From NCBI GenBank assembly GCA_963783385.1, contig CAWANJ010000006.1:320001-384000 (forward strand): 64,000 nucleotides of DNA, written 5' to 3'. This document shows positions 44,234-54,847 of this stretch, piece by piece. Position numbers and translations under genes: made by a program. Under the pieces are notes generated by a model that saw only the letters and a program-made list of their open reading frames with translations, was not told the DNA's origin and did no database searches. Position 1 is the stretch's first letter. The number at the start of each line of letters is the position of its first letter. The stretch comes from an uncultured Gemmatimonadales bacterium. Lineage in GTDB: Bacteria; Gemmatimonadota; Gemmatimonadetes; Palauibacterales; Palauibacteraceae.

Positions 44234-45213
44234 CGGTCCTCGTAGCGCACGCGGGGATCCACGGCGGCATACAGCAGGTCCGCGACCAGGTTGCCGAGCA
44301 CCACCAGGGCGCCGAACAAGAAGGTCGCGGCCATCACGACCGGATAGTCCCGGGCCAGGATCGCGTTGTAGAGGAGACGGCCCATGCCGGGCCACGAGAA
44401 CACCACCTCGATGACCACCGTCCCCCCGAACAGGAGCGGCAGGTACAGGCCGAAGAGGCTCACGATGGGAAGGAGGGCGTTGCGGAGGGCGTGTCCCAGG
44501 ATGACCCGGCGCTCGGGGAGTCCCTTGGCGCGCGCAGTACGGATGTAGTCCTGTCCCACCACCTCGAGCATGGAGCCGCGCATGTACCGGGCGACCCCCG
44601 CGGCCGAGGCCAGGCCGAGCGCGATGACCGGCAGCACCAGGTGCCGGGCGCGGTCGGCCACCCTCCCCCACCAACCCAGGTACTCGTGGTCGATCGACAC
44701 CATCCCGGAGATGGGCAGGTGCAGCCAGGAGGAGATCGCCGGGCTCGACACAAGCAGGATCAGCATGAGCCCGAGCCAGAAGCCGGGCACCGAGTAGATG
44801 GCCAGGCCGAGGAGCGTGAGGACCTGGTCGGCGGCCGAGTACTGACGCACCGCCTGGACGACGCCGGCGGCGCAGCCGATCACGAAGATCAGGACCAGCG
44901 AGATCCCGCTCAGGAGGAGGGTGTTGGGGAGAGCGTCCAGGATCACCGCCGACACGGGCCTGTGCTGGCTGAAGCTGTAGCCGAAGTGACCCGTGAAGAA
45001 GGAGCGCAGCCAGTCCAGGTACTGGACCGGGAGCGGGCGATCGAGCCCCAGGTTCCTGCGCATCTGCTCAATGACGTCCGGCGGGATGTTGGGGTTGAAG
45101 TACGCGGTGGTCGGGTCCCCCGGCGCCAGGTGGAGCAGGAGAAAGGTCAGCGTGACGATCCCGAGCAGGAGCGGGATCGCCCCGAGCAGGCGCCGGCCCG
45201 TGTAGCGCAGCAC
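44230..45213 (-). CDS. Oligo/dipeptide ABC transporter permease (OppB/DppB-like)
   Basis: LAPGDP, LGLDRPL..QY, QDYIRTARAKGL, IEVVFSWPGMG, RDYP. Confidence 0.93.
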   Translation of the reverse strand: MLRYTGRRLLGAIPLLLGIVTLTFLLLHLAPGDPTTAYFNPNIPPDVIEQMRRNLGLDRPLPVQYLDWLRSFFTGHFGYSFSQHRPVSAVILDALPNTLLLSGISLVLIFVIGCAAGVVQAVRQYSAADQVLTLLGLAIYSVPGFWLGLMLILLVSSPAISSWLHLPISGMVSIDHEYLGWWGRVADRARHLVLPVIALGLASAAGVARYMRGSMLEVVGQDYIRTARAKGLPERRVILGHALRNALLPIVSLFGLYLPLLFGGTVVIEVVFSWPGMGRLLYNAILARDYPVVMAATFLFGALVVLGNLVADLLYAAVDPRVRYEDR

Positions 45214-45228
45214 GCCGCCCGGCCCGCC

Positions 45229-46896
45229 TCAGCGGGGCCGGGGCACGAGCCCCCAGCGCGCCGCCGTGCGCAGTTCCCCGCGGACGTCTACGGCCACACC
45301 CCGGAGCGTGTGACGCAGGGCCACGGCCCGGTCCTCGTTGAACAGGAAGGTGTAGGGCTGGGCCTTCTCCACCATCTCGGCGTAGCGCCGCAGGAGCCGC
45401 CTCTTCCGGTCCAGGTCCAGGGCACGCGGGATCGAGTCCATGACGGCGTCCAGGGCCGGATCGCAGTAGCCGCTGAATTGGACGGGCTCGTCGCGGCGGT
45501 CGCAGGCCCAGTAGTCACGGTCGTCGATGACCAGGTCCTCGGTCCACGACAGCAGGAATGCGTCGAAGAGCCGCTCGGGACTCTGGATCGCCTGGGCCAG
45601 GGCAGCGAACTCCCGGGTCCTGGGAACCAGCGCCACACCGACCTTCGCGAGGTCCGCCTGGAGCATGACGGCAATGTCCTGCCGCGTCTGGCTCTGATTG
45701 GTGAGGAGCTCGAAACGGAAGGGATGGCCGTTCCGGTCCAGGACGCCGTCGCCATCGGTGTCCTTCCAGCCGGCGGCCGCGAGCAGCGCCCGGGCGGAGT
45801 CCGGGTCGTAGGGGATCGGACGCCACGCCGTATCGTAAGCCCAGTGCCACGGGCCGAGCGGGCCCGTCGCCACGCTCCCGAGGCCGGCCCGCACCGTCTG
45901 CAGGATCTGGCTGCGGTCCATGGCCATCGTGAGCGCCCGGCGCACCCGCGCATCCGCGAACAGGGGACGTCGCGTGTTCCAGGCCACGAACGCGTACGAC
46001 GTGGAGGGGAAGGAGAGCACCTCCAGGCTCGTGTCCCCGCGCACCCGCTCGACCTGGTCCGGGGGCAGGTTGAGGTACAGGTCCACGTCCCCGCGCTCGA
46101 GCTCGGTGAGCTCGGTGCTCTCGTCCGGGACGATCCTGTAGATGAGACGGTCGATTCGGGGGCGACCGCCGAGATCGGCGGGGAAGTCCGGATTGGCCTC
46201 GAACACCCAGCGGTCTCCCTGGTCGTGGCTCACGAAGCGGAACGGACCGTCGCCCACCGGCGCCGTCGAGTTGAACGCCGCCGTGGCCAGAGCGGAGTCG
46301 GGCACGCTTCCCAGCACGTGCTCGGGCACGATCGGCACCTGGGACCACGCGTACAGGAGCTGGCTGTAGGGCCGCAGCCAGAAGCGGACCGTGCGGGGCC
46401 CCTCCACCTGGACCGAGTCCCAGCGGTCGAAGTAGGCCCGGTTGGGGAACGGGAGGTCGGGGTCCTTGGCCTTTCGGAAGGTGAAAGCCACGTCGCCGGC
46501 GGTGACCGGCTCGCCATCCTGCCACTTCACGTCGTTCCGGAGGTGGAAGACGATCTGCGAGCTGTCGGCGTTCAGATCCCAGGAGCTGGCCAGCCACGGC
46601 ACCGGCTGGAGATCCGCACCGAGCTGCACGAGTGGCATGAACAATACATAGCGCTCGATCTGGCTGGCGAAGTAGTCGGGCGGCGGAACCAGGGGGTCGA
46701 CCCCTGGAATCTCCGCCCGAGCGGAGACCACGACCGTGCCCCCGTGCCCGGCCGAGTTGGCCCCCGGGGGCGGGGCGTGTCCGCCCGTCTCCCCGCCGCC
46801 GCAGGCCCACGCCGCCAGCGCCGCCAGCACCAGGATCCGGCCGGAGAGGCGACCCCCCGGCCGGCCATCCCGCTGGGACCGCCGCGGCCGCCTCAC
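45229..46896 (-). CDS. Peptide ABC transporter substrate-binding lipoprotein (family 5)
   Basis: LAAWAC lipobox; LRNDVKWQDGEPVTAGDV, PVGDGPF, VRRALTMAMDR. Confidence 0.92.
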   Translation of the reverse strand: MRRPRRSQRDGRPGGRLSGRILVLAALAAWACGGGETGGHAPPPGANSAGHGGTVVVSARAEIPGVDPLVPPPDYFASQIERYVLFMPLVQLGADLQPVPWLASSWDLNADSSQIVFHLRNDVKWQDGEPVTAGDVAFTFRKAKDPDLPFPNRAYFDRWDSVQVEGPRTVRFWLRPYSQLLYAWSQVPIVPEHVLGSVPDSALATAAFNSTAPVGDGPFRFVSHDQGDRWVFEANPDFPADLGGRPRIDRLIYRIVPDESTELTELERGDVDLYLNLPPDQVERVRGDTSLEVLSFPSTSYAFVAWNTRRPLFADARVRRALTMAMDRSQILQTVRAGLGSVATGPLGPWHWAYDTAWRPIPYDPDSARALLAAAGWKDTDGDGVLDRNGHPFRFELLTNQSQTRQDIAVMLQADLAKVGVALVPRTREFAALAQAIQSPERLFDAFLLSWTEDLVIDDRDYWACDRRDEPVQFSGYCDPALDAVMDSIPRALDLDRKRRLLRRYAEMVEKAQPYTFLFNEDRAVALRHTLRGVAVDVRGELRTAARWGLVPRPR

Positions 46897-48502
46897 CGCT
46901 GCGCCTGCCCGGTCCAGCGCCAGCCCGGCAGCGTGAACAGCTCGCCCCTCGCATCCATGTGCACCCCCTCCAGGTCGCGGCTCACTCCGGCCAGCTCATC
47001 GTTCCAGAACAGGAAGGTGAACGGCTGATCCCGTTGCAGGACCTTTTCGAACGCCGCCCACGTGCGCCGGGCCCGCCCGGGATCGCTCGTCCGCGTCCCC
47101 ACCTCCATGAGGCTGTCGGCGACCCGGTTCGAGTAGGAGCTCCGGTTGGCGCTGCCCGGCGTGTTCGCCGCGCGGGTCGAGAACAGGGGCCTCGGGTCCA
47201 CCCTGAAATTGTCGAGGACCCAGTTCGTGAGCACGGCCTGGAAGTTCCGGGCCCGGTGACGGCTGAGCACCGTCTGCCACTCCAGTAGCTCCGGGTCGAC
47301 CTCGATCCCCACCTTCCCGAGCTGGGCCTGGATCATCTGGACCAGGTCCGGGAAGGTGGCGTTGGCCTGGCTGGCCAGGAGGCGGAACCGGAACGCGACG
47401 CCGTTCCGGTCCAGGACGCCGTCCCCGTCGGTGTCCCGCCATCCCGCCCGGGCCAGCAGAGCCCGGGCGGAGTCCGGGTCGTACGGGAGCGGTTGGAGGT
47501 GCGGAGCGTACGGGTGCCACGGCGGGATGGGACCGACCGCCGGCCGGCCGTGTCCGTACAGGGTGGCCTGCAGCAGGGCATGGCGATCGATGGCCATGGT
47601 GAGGGCCCGGCGCACGGCCGGGTCCCGGAACAGGGAGTCGCGGGTGTTCCACCCGAGGTAGGTGAACTGGCGCCAGGGGAAATCGGCCAGGCGGGCCCGC
47701 CTGGCCCCCTCCAGCCGCGGCGCCTCCTGGGGCTCGAGCGGTCCATCGACCTGAAGGTCCCCCCGCAGGAGTTCCTGCAGCCGGGTGGTCGCCTCGGGAA
47801 GGATTCGGTAGGAAACGCGGCGGATGGCCGCCGGCCCGCCGAGCGCCGCCGGGAAGGAGTCCACGGCCTCCAGGAGGATCTCCTGTCCCGCCTCCCAGCG
47901 CACCACGCGGTAGGGCCCGCTCCCCACCGGCTGGCGCCCGAAGGGAGCCTCGGCCACGTGCGCCGGGTCGACGCCCTCGAGGACGTGCTTCGGCACCGGC
48001 GGCCACACGAAGTCCTGCAGGGGGTCGGCGTGCGGCTCGGAGAAGCGGAAGCGGATGCGGTGCGGCCCCAGGACTTCGGCGCTGTCGACGTCGGTAAGGT
48101 AGGCCGCCGCCAGCGGCGAGGCCGTGGCCGGGTCCTTGGCCAGGTCGAAGGTGAACTTCACGTCCTCCGCGGTCACCGGCTTCCCGTCCTGCCAGCGCAC
48201 GTCGCTCCTCAGCTCGAACACCACGTCGGAGTCGGACAGGGTCCAGGAGCGGGCCAGCCACGGGCGCACGCGGTAGGCGGTGTCGTACGTGACGAGGGGC
48301 GTGTACAGGAGGGGGTACATCAGGTCGTTGGCGTTCTGGTCGGTGCTGACCACCGGGTCCAGGGTCTGCAGGTCCTCGGCGTAGCCGAGCACCAGGGTGC
48401 GGCCGCCGGTCTGTCCGGCGCCGCCCCCCCGCACGCTCCGACCATGACAAGCGCCGCGGCCACCGCGGGCACGATCCGCCTCCCCGAAGCTCTCCTCAGC
48501 AC
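46893..48502 (-). CDS. Second peptide ABC substrate-binding lipoprotein (frameshift in G7 run at 48424-48430)
   Basis: Signal VLRRASGRRIVPAVAAALVMVGAC in one frame; LRSDVRWQDGKPVTAEDV and PVGSGPY in the next. One extra G joins them. Confidence 0.88.
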
Positions 48503-48521
48503 GCCGTCGAAGGTACGGCGC

Positions 48522-49372
48522 TCACCGTCTCCAGGTCCACGCCGGGTCCCGGTAGCGGGCCTCGAGTCGCTCGACGAGCCCGGGGTCCGGAAGGTCGAGG
48601 GGAGCGTCCACGACTTCGACGCCGAGCTCCTCGGAGAAACCGGCCTCAGCGCCGCGGCGAGCTCCTCGGCGCCGGGGACCCGCTCCAGCAGGTCCGCGAG
48701 GGCGGCGGCGCGCACGTTCGCCCCGTCACCCGGGCCACCGCCCGAGCCGGCCCGCTCCCCGCTCGCGAGGCGAAGTTGCTCGGCCGTAGCCTGATCGTCG
48801 TGCAGGAGGAGGGAGCCGTGCTGGAGAAGGGCTCCGCCGTCCCGCCACTGCGCGCTGCCGACCAGCTTGCGGCCCGCCGCCGTGATCTCGCCGGGAAGAG
48901 GGTCGCGGAAGCAGGCCCTCGTGGTGGGGGCCGGACTCCGCCTCCCCGGCCGTCGCTCGGCCTCCGCCACGGGGGCCCCGAGCAACGCGAGCCCGCGCAG
49001 CAGCGCCCGGTTGATGCGCAGGTAGCTGGCCCGCAGGCCGCCCCACAGCCCGGCGGGAGCCGTCACGGAGTAGGTGAGCTCCCGGTGATGGAAGACCGCG
49101 CGCCCGCCCGTCGGCCGGCGGACGACCTCGATGCCCCGGTCGCGCGCCGCCTCGAGGTCATAGCGGTCCCGCGCCCGCTGGTTCCTCCCGAAGGAGAGGC
49201 AGGGTGGGTCCCACCGGTACAGCCGCAGGGTGACCCGTCCGTGACGGGCCCCCGCCATCAGCGCCTCGTCGACCGCCATGTTGCGAGCGCCGGGCGCGGG
49301 TGGGTCGAGACGGAAGTGGAGGGGCCCGGCGAACGCCGGACCGACTATCGGCCTGCCTCCGGAAAAGTCCAT
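48522..49372 (-). CDS. Lipoate-protein ligase A / octanoyltransferase LipM-like (frameshift ~48645; start uncertain)
   Basis: NMAVDEAL, LRLYRW, VVRRPTGGRAVFH, CF, KLVGSAQ, LLQHGSL; C-terminus GFSEELG..RYRDPAWTWRR* in a shifted frame. Confidence 0.87.
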
Positions 49373-50838
49373 CGGACGTCCAGCTCCCGGCCGGCCCGGC
49401 CCTCGTCCAGGCGCCGCACCGGCGTCGTGTGGGGGGCCGAACGCACCAGCTCCGGGTCCTCCTCGGCCTCCCGCGCGATCGAGTGGAGCGCGTCCACGTA
49501 GCGGTCCAGCTCCTCCTTCGTCTCCGTCTCGGTGGGCTCGGTCATGAGCGCCTCGGGAACGGTGAGCGGGAAGTAGATGGTCGGTGCGTGGAACCCATAG
49601 TCCAACAGCCGCTTGGCCACGTCCGACGTCCGGACGCCGAACCGCTTCTTGAGCTCCTCCCCGGTGAACACCGACTCGTGCATCCCGCGCCCGTACGGCA
49701 GAGGATAGGTGTCCGAGAGGAGCGCGCTCAGGTAGGCGTTGTTGAGCACGGCCGCCTCGGCCGTGTCACGCACCCCGCCCGAGCCGAGCATGCGGATGTA
49801 GGTGTAGGCGCGCACCATCACGCCGAAGTTGCCGTAGAAGCCGTGGATCTTCCCGATCGACTCGGGCCTGTCCCACTCCAGCACGTACTCGTCACCCCGC
49901 GCCTCAATGTGCGGGACGGGGAGGAAGCGGGCCAGCGGCTCCTTCACGGCCACGGGGCCCGCGCCCGGTCCACCGCCGCCGTGCGGGGTGCTGAAGGTCT
50001 TGTGCAGGTTGAAGTGGACGATGTCGTAGCCCATGTCTCCGGGGCGGACCACCCCCATCAGGGCGTTGAGATTGGCGCCGTCCATGTACATGAGCCCGCC
50101 GGCCCCGTGCACCAGGCGGCTGATCTCCTCGATCCTGGACTCGAACACTCCCAGCGTGTTCGGGTTGGTGAGCATCATTCCGGCGAGGTCGTCGCCGAGA
50201 GCCTGGCGGACGGCCTCGGGGTCCACCCGTCCCCCTTCGTCCGAGGGGAGCTCCACGCAGTCGAAGCCCGCCAGGGCCACGGTAGCGGGATTGGTCCCGT
50301 GCGCCGAGTCGGGAATGAGAACCCGTTTGCGCTGCGTGTCCCCGCGAGCGCGGTGGTAGGCGCGCATCAGAAGCACGCCCGTCATCTCGCCCTGTGCGCC
50401 GGCGGCGGGCTGCAGGCTCACCGCGTCCATGCCGGCCACCTCTCGCAGCATGCCCGCGAGCTCGTGCATGAGCGCCAGCGCCCCCTGCGCCGCCTCGTGC
50501 GGCGTGAACGGGTGGAGCTCGGCGAAGCCCGGAAGTCGGGCCGTCAGCTCGTTCACCTTGGGATTGTACTTCATCGTGCACGAGCCCAGCGGGTACAGGG
50601 CACGATCCACGTGGTGGTTCTTGAGCGAGAGCTCCGTGTAGTGCCGCACCACGACGTGCTCGGGCGCCTCGGGAAGGCGCGGCGGCTCACGCCGGCGGTG
50701 CGCCTCCGGCACCAGCTCCTCTCCGGCGGACACGGGGACGTCGGCGTCGGGCACGGACGTGCCTCGCCGCCCCGGCCGGGAGCGCTCGAAGATCGTGGGC
50801 GTCCACTCGCCCTGGAACGGGAAGGGAGGGCGTTCCAT
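49345..50838 (-). CDS. gcvPB: Glycine dehydrogenase (decarboxylating) subunit 2
   Basis: YPLGSCTMKYNP, LQPAAGAQGE, SAHGTNPA, YMDGANLNA, HFNLHKTFSTPHGGGGPG. Confidence 0.97.
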   Translation of the reverse strand: MERPPFPFQGEWTPTIFERSRPGRRGTSVPDADVPVSAGEELVPEAHRRREPPRLPEAPEHVVVRHYTELSLKNHHVDRALYPLGSCTMKYNPKVNELTARLPGFAELHPFTPHEAAQGALALMHELAGMLREVAGMDAVSLQPAAGAQGEMTGVLLMRAYHRARGDTQRKRVLIPDSAHGTNPATVALAGFDCVELPSDEGGRVDPEAVRQALGDDLAGMMLTNPNTLGVFESRIEEISRLVHGAGGLMYMDGANLNALMGVVRPGDMGYDIVHFNLHKTFSTPHGGGGPGAGPVAVKEPLARFLPVPHIEARGDEYVLEWDRPESIGKIHGFYGNFGVMVRAYTYIRMLGSGGVRDTAEAAVLNNAYLSALLSDTYPLPYGRGMHESVFTGEELKKRFGVRTSDVAKRLLDYGFHAPTIYFPLTVPEALMTEPTETETKEELDRYVDALHSIAREAEEDPELVRSAPHTTPVRRLDEGRAGRELDVRWTFPEAGR

Positions 50839-51530
50839 CAGAACTCGTAGCTCTCGCCCGGGGAGAGAATCACGACCTCGGCCAGGTCGCCCACGTCCTC
50901 CCGGAACGCCTCGGGGTCCTGCTCGATGACCTCGAAGGTGTCGTAGTGGATCGGGATCACCACCCCGGGCCGGATCATGTCGACCGCCCGCACGGCGTCG
51001 GCCGGACCCATGGTGAAGTTGTCCCCGATCGGGAGCAGGGCCACGTCCACGCGGTCGCGCAGGAGCTCGAACTCCCTGGTGAGCGAGGTGTCGCCGGCGT
51101 GATACACGCTCTTCCCGTCCACCCCCATGAGGAGGCCCGCCGGGAAGGTGGTGTACGCGCCGCCGTTCTCGCCCGCCACCTGTCCGCCGTGGAAGGCCGG
51201 CGTGAGCTGCACCCGCCCGAACGGGAACTGGAATCCGCCCCCAATGTGCAGGGGGTGGGCGTTCTCGACGCCTTCCTCGTTCTGCGCGTAGGCCACCAGC
51301 TCGAAGGTGGCGATCAGGGTCGCCCCGCTGCGGCGCAGGATCTCGTACGCGTCGCCCGTGTGGTCGAAGTGGCCGTGCGTGAGCAGCACGTAGTCCAGGT
51401 CGTCGTAGAACGGCTCGGGGCCCACGTCCGCGAGCGGGTTGTCGGTGAGCCACGGGTCAATGAGCAGGCGCGTCCCGTCCGCCGTGCGGATCTCCGTGCA
51501 CGCGTGCCCGTGGAATGTCAGCTGTCCCAT
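50838..51530 (-). CDS. Metal-dependent hydrolase, beta-lactamase fold (UPF0173-like)
   Basis: GHAC, LIDPWL..NP, LTHGHFDH, YHAGDT, LPIGDNFTMG, IPIHYDTF. Confidence 0.92.
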   Translation of the reverse strand: MGQLTFHGHACTEIRTADGTRLLIDPWLTDNPLADVGPEPFYDDLDYVLLTHGHFDHTGDAYEILRRSGATLIATFELVAYAQNEEGVENAHPLHIGGGFQFPFGRVQLTPAFHGGQVAGENGGAYTTFPAGLLMGVDGKSVYHAGDTSLTREFELLRDRVDVALLPIGDNFTMGPADAVRAVDMIRPGVVIPIHYDTFEVIEQDPEAFREDVGDLAEVVILSPGESYEF

Positions 51531-51564
51531 GTTTCGCTCCTCTCCACTGCTCCGGCGGGAGGCA

Positions 51565-52902
51565 TCATCCCGCCAGCACCTCGATGAGATCGTCGATCTC
51601 CGCCCGGTTCCGCTTCTCCGTGAACGCCAGGATCAGGCCGTCGGGAGCCCCGAGCTCGGGGAAGCGCGACAGGCTGATGCCCGCCAGGATTCCGCGGGCG
51701 ATCCCCCGTCTCAGCACCTCGCGCGAATCCTCTTCCGTCCGGACCGCGAACTCGCGCAGGTACGGGGAGTCGGGGTGGAGCGGCTCGACGCCCGCGAGCG
51801 CCTCGATGCGCTCGCGGGCGTACCTTGCGTTGCGGACCGAGGTCTCGGCCACCCGTCGGAGGCCGTCCCTGCCCACGGTCGCCAGGTAGACGGTCGCCGC
51901 CAGGGCGTTCAGCCCCTGGTTCGTGCAGATGTTGCTGGTCGCCTTCTCGCGCCGGATCTGCTGCTCGCGGGTCTGGAGCGTGAGCACGTACCCCCGGCGT
52001 CCCTCCTCGTCGACCGTGGCTCCCGCGATGCGCCCCGGCATCTGCCGGATGAGCTTGCGGCGTGAGGCGAAAAGTCCGACCACCGGACCGCCGAAGCTGG
52101 CCGCGTTTCCGAACGGCTGCCCCTCGCAGGTCACGATGTCGGCACCGGCCTCTCCCGGGGATCGCACCACGGCCAGCGACACGGCGTCGGCCACGGCCGT
52201 CACCAGAAGCGCTCCCCTGTCGTGCGCGGCGGCGGCCAGCGATTCCAGGTCCTCCAGAAGACCGTAGAAGTTGGGGTTCTGGACGATCACGCACGCCGTG
52301 TCGTCGTCAATGGCGTCGGCCACGGCCGCCGCGTCGAGGAGTCCATCGGCGCCGGGTGCGACCACGTCGACCGCCCGGGCGCTCCCCTCGCAGTACGTGT
52401 CGACGACCTTCCTGTAGTGCGGATGGAGCGATCCGGCCAGGAGGATCCTGCCGCGGCGCTTCACCGAGAGAGCCATGAGCGCCGCCTCTCCGGTGGCCGT
52501 CGCGCCATCGTACATCGAGGCGTTGGCGACCTCCATGCCCGTGAGCTCGCACACCATGGTCTGGAACTCGTAGATCACCTGCAGGGTGCCCTGCGAGACC
52601 TCGGGCTGATACGGCGTGTAGGCCGTATAGAACTCGCTGCGCCTCAGGATGTGGTCGACGGCCGCCGGGACGTGGTGGTCGTAGATCCCGCCGCCGGCGA
52701 AGCTGACCAGGGACGGATTGCCCTCGGCGAGCTCGCGGAGGCGGCGAACCGCCTCCCATTCGGACAGGGGCGCGGGGAGGTCCAGGGGCTCGTCGAGCAC
52801 GAGACTGGCTGGCACGTCCCGGAAGAGCTCCGGGACATCCGAAGCGCCGATCCGTCGCAACATCTCTCGTCGGTCGGCATCGCTGTGCGGTACGAAGGTC
52901 AT
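51565..52902 (-). CDS. gcvPA: Glycine dehydrogenase (decarboxylating) subunit 1
   Basis: EFYTAYTPYQPEVSQG, NASMYDGA, LQTREQQIRREKATSNICTN. Confidence 0.97.
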   Translation of the reverse strand: MTFVPHSDADRREMLRRIGASDVPELFRDVPASLVLDEPLDLPAPLSEWEAVRRLRELAEGNPSLVSFAGGGIYDHHVPAAVDHILRRSEFYTAYTPYQPEVSQGTLQVIYEFQTMVCELTGMEVANASMYDGATATGEAALMALSVKRRGRILLAGSLHPHYRKVVDTYCEGSARAVDVVAPGADGLLDAAAVADAIDDDTACVIVQNPNFYGLLEDLESLAAAAHDRGALLVTAVADAVSLAVVRSPGEAGADIVTCEGQPFGNAASFGGPVVGLFASRRKLIRQMPGRIAGATVDEEGRRGYVLTLQTREQQIRREKATSNICTNQGLNALAATVYLATVGRDGLRRVAETSVRNARYARERIEALAGVEPLHPDSPYLREFAVRTEEDSREVLRRGIARGILAGISLSRFPELGAPDGLILAFTEKRNRAEIDDLIEVLAG

Positions 52903-52915
52903 GGGGGCGGGAAGC

Positions 52916-53308
52916 TCAGCCTTCGTCGAGATGGGCGCGGTAGGCTTCGGCCGTCAGAAGCCCTTCCACATCGGACGGATCGGAGGCCTTGAGCCGGATC
53001 ATCCAGCCTTCGCCGTACGGGTCGCTGTTCACGAGCGCCGGGTCGTCGTCCAGGGACGCGTTGATCTCCAGGACCTCTCCGGCCACCGGGCAGAACAGCT
53101 CGGACACGGCCTTGACGGCTTCAATGGTGCCGAACACCTCCATCTTGTCGAAGCTGTCGCCCGCGGCGGGAAGCTCGACGAACACCACGTCTCCGAGCTC
53201 GCTCTGCGCGTAGTCGGTGATGCCCACGTAGAACTCGTCGTCGCCGTCGGCGGCGCGCACGTACTCGTGCTCCTCGGTGTAATGCAGCCCCTCGGGAACT
53301 TCGGACAT
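52916..53308 (-). CDS. gcvH: Glycine cleavage system H protein
   Basis: GITDYAQSELGDVVFVELP, IEAVKAVS (lipoyl-Lys), NSDPYGEGW. Confidence 0.97.
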   Translation of the reverse strand: MSEVPEGLHYTEEHEYVRAADGDDEFYVGITDYAQSELGDVVFVELPAAGDSFDKMEVFGTIEAVKAVSELFCPVAGEVLEINASLDDDPALVNSDPYGEGWMIRLKASDPSDVEGLLTAEAYRAHLDEG

Positions 53309-53458
53309 TCCGTCTCCTCTCGTAGCTCCTGCGGCCCGGGCCGGCCGTGATCGAGGCGCCTACGATACCCGGCCCTCGGATGGGACGTCAACCGTGCCGA
53401 CTGCAACGTCCGTTCCCGCCACCCGGCCGGCGCCGCGGCCGGGCTCGCGGAGGGCGGA

Positions 53459-54526
53459 CTACAGCCAGCCCTTGCGACTGAAGTAGGCCAGGAGACCGAG
53501 CGCGATCACCGCCATGAGAACCAGCACCGCCGGGTACGCCCAGGGCAGGGCCAGCTCCGGCATGTGCTGGAAGTTCATGCCGTACACGCCGGCGACGAAG
53601 GTGAGCGGGATGAAGATGGAGGCCATGATGGTGAGCACCTTCATGATCTCGTTCATGCGGTTGCTGACGCTGGACAGGTAGGTGTCCAGGAGGCCCGACA
53701 CGATGTCGCGCAGCGTCTCGCCGGTGTCGAGCACCTGGATGGTGTGGTCGTAGATGTCCCGCACGTAGATCCGCACCGGGGCCGTGACCAGGGATGTGCC
53801 CTCCCGCCCCAGCGACGAGACGACCTCTCGCAGCGGCCAGGTGGCCTTGCGCAGGAGGAGCATCTCGCGTTTGACCCGGTGGATCTCCTCCATCGTCGAG
53901 GGCACCGGCTCGGTCACGACCTCGTCCTCGAGCTCCTCGATCCACTCCCCCACGCCCTCCAGGACCGCGAAGTAGTGGTCCACGACAGCGTCCATGAGCG
54001 AGTAGGCCAGGTAGTCGGGTCCCATGGTGCGGATGCGACCCTTGCCCGTCCGAATCCGCTCGCGCACGGAGCCGAAGATGTCGCCGGGTCGCTCCTGGAA
54101 GGAGATCACGAACCGGGGGCCCAGAATGAGACTGACCTGCTCGTCCTCGACCCGGTGAGTCTCCTCCGAGAACGTGATCATCTTCATCACCATGAACAGG
54201 TAGTCCTGGAAGTCCTCGAGCTTGGGCCGCTGCTCGGTGTTGACCAGGTCTTCGAGCACCAGGGGATGCAGGCCGAATTCCGACCCCAGCCTCGCGATCA
54301 GCTCCATGTCCTGCAGGCCCACGACATCCAGCCAGGTGACCGTGGGCGAATCCCGGAACGGCAGACATTCCTCCACCGACGCGATCTCGAGTTCCTCGAG
54401 GCGCTGCGCGTCGTAGTCCATGACCGTGAGCTGGACGCGCTCGAGCGTCGGAACCTCGACCGGCACCAGAGAGCCCGGCGGCAGGCCCAGCTTGTGCCCT
54501 CTGCGGGTGATGAAGCGGGGTGCCAT
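53459..54526 (-). CDS. corA: Magnesium/cobalt transporter CorA
   Basis: GLPPGSL, LHPLVLED..QRPK, NEIMKVLT..FIPLTFVAGVYGMNF..MPEL. Confidence 0.96.
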   Translation of the reverse strand: MAPRFITRRGHKLGLPPGSLVPVEVPTLERVQLTVMDYDAQRLEELEIASVEECLPFRDSPTVTWLDVVGLQDMELIARLGSEFGLHPLVLEDLVNTEQRPKLEDFQDYLFMVMKMITFSEETHRVEDEQVSLILGPRFVISFQERPGDIFGSVRERIRTGKGRIRTMGPDYLAYSLMDAVVDHYFAVLEGVGEWIEELEDEVVTEPVPSTMEEIHRVKREMLLLRKATWPLREVVSSLGREGTSLVTAPVRIYVRDIYDHTIQVLDTGETLRDIVSGLLDTYLSSVSNRMNEIMKVLTIMASIFIPLTFVAGVYGMNFQHMPELALPWAYPAVLVLMAVIALGLLAYFSRKGWL

Positions 54527-54847
54527 GCGCGTTCCTCCCTGTCGCGGGGCGGGAGCCCCTCGGGGGGCGGTCGGCTCGCGGGTCGCGGCCCTTTCCCGGG
54601 GGGCAGTGCTTCGCGCTCCAACCTACGGGCTGCGGAGCGGGGACGCAGGGCCGCGTAGGGGCCGCCGACCGCGGGACGCGCGCGCGCGGCTTCCGCGGAA
54701 CTCGCTCGGCGCCCATACGGGCCCTGACGGCCGAGGCCCTTGTGGCGTAGTGGCATGGGAGATCCACATATTGAGACCGTAGACAGGAATCCGTCCCTTC
54801 CGAATTCGTACGGGACCAATGGCCGCACCCCGGGGAGCGTGAACGCC

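Noticed and set aside
45725-47490. Repeated DNA encoding YDPDSARALL..DTDGDGVLDRNG
   Set aside because: Explained by two tandem paralogous substrate-binding proteins.
53309-53458. Glycine riboswitch upstream of gcvH
   Set aside because: No GGAGA..CCGAAG..CUCUCAGG core visible.
54527-54847. Mg2+ (M-box) riboswitch upstream of corA
   Set aside because: Only generic GC-rich pairing; no recognisable conserved motif.
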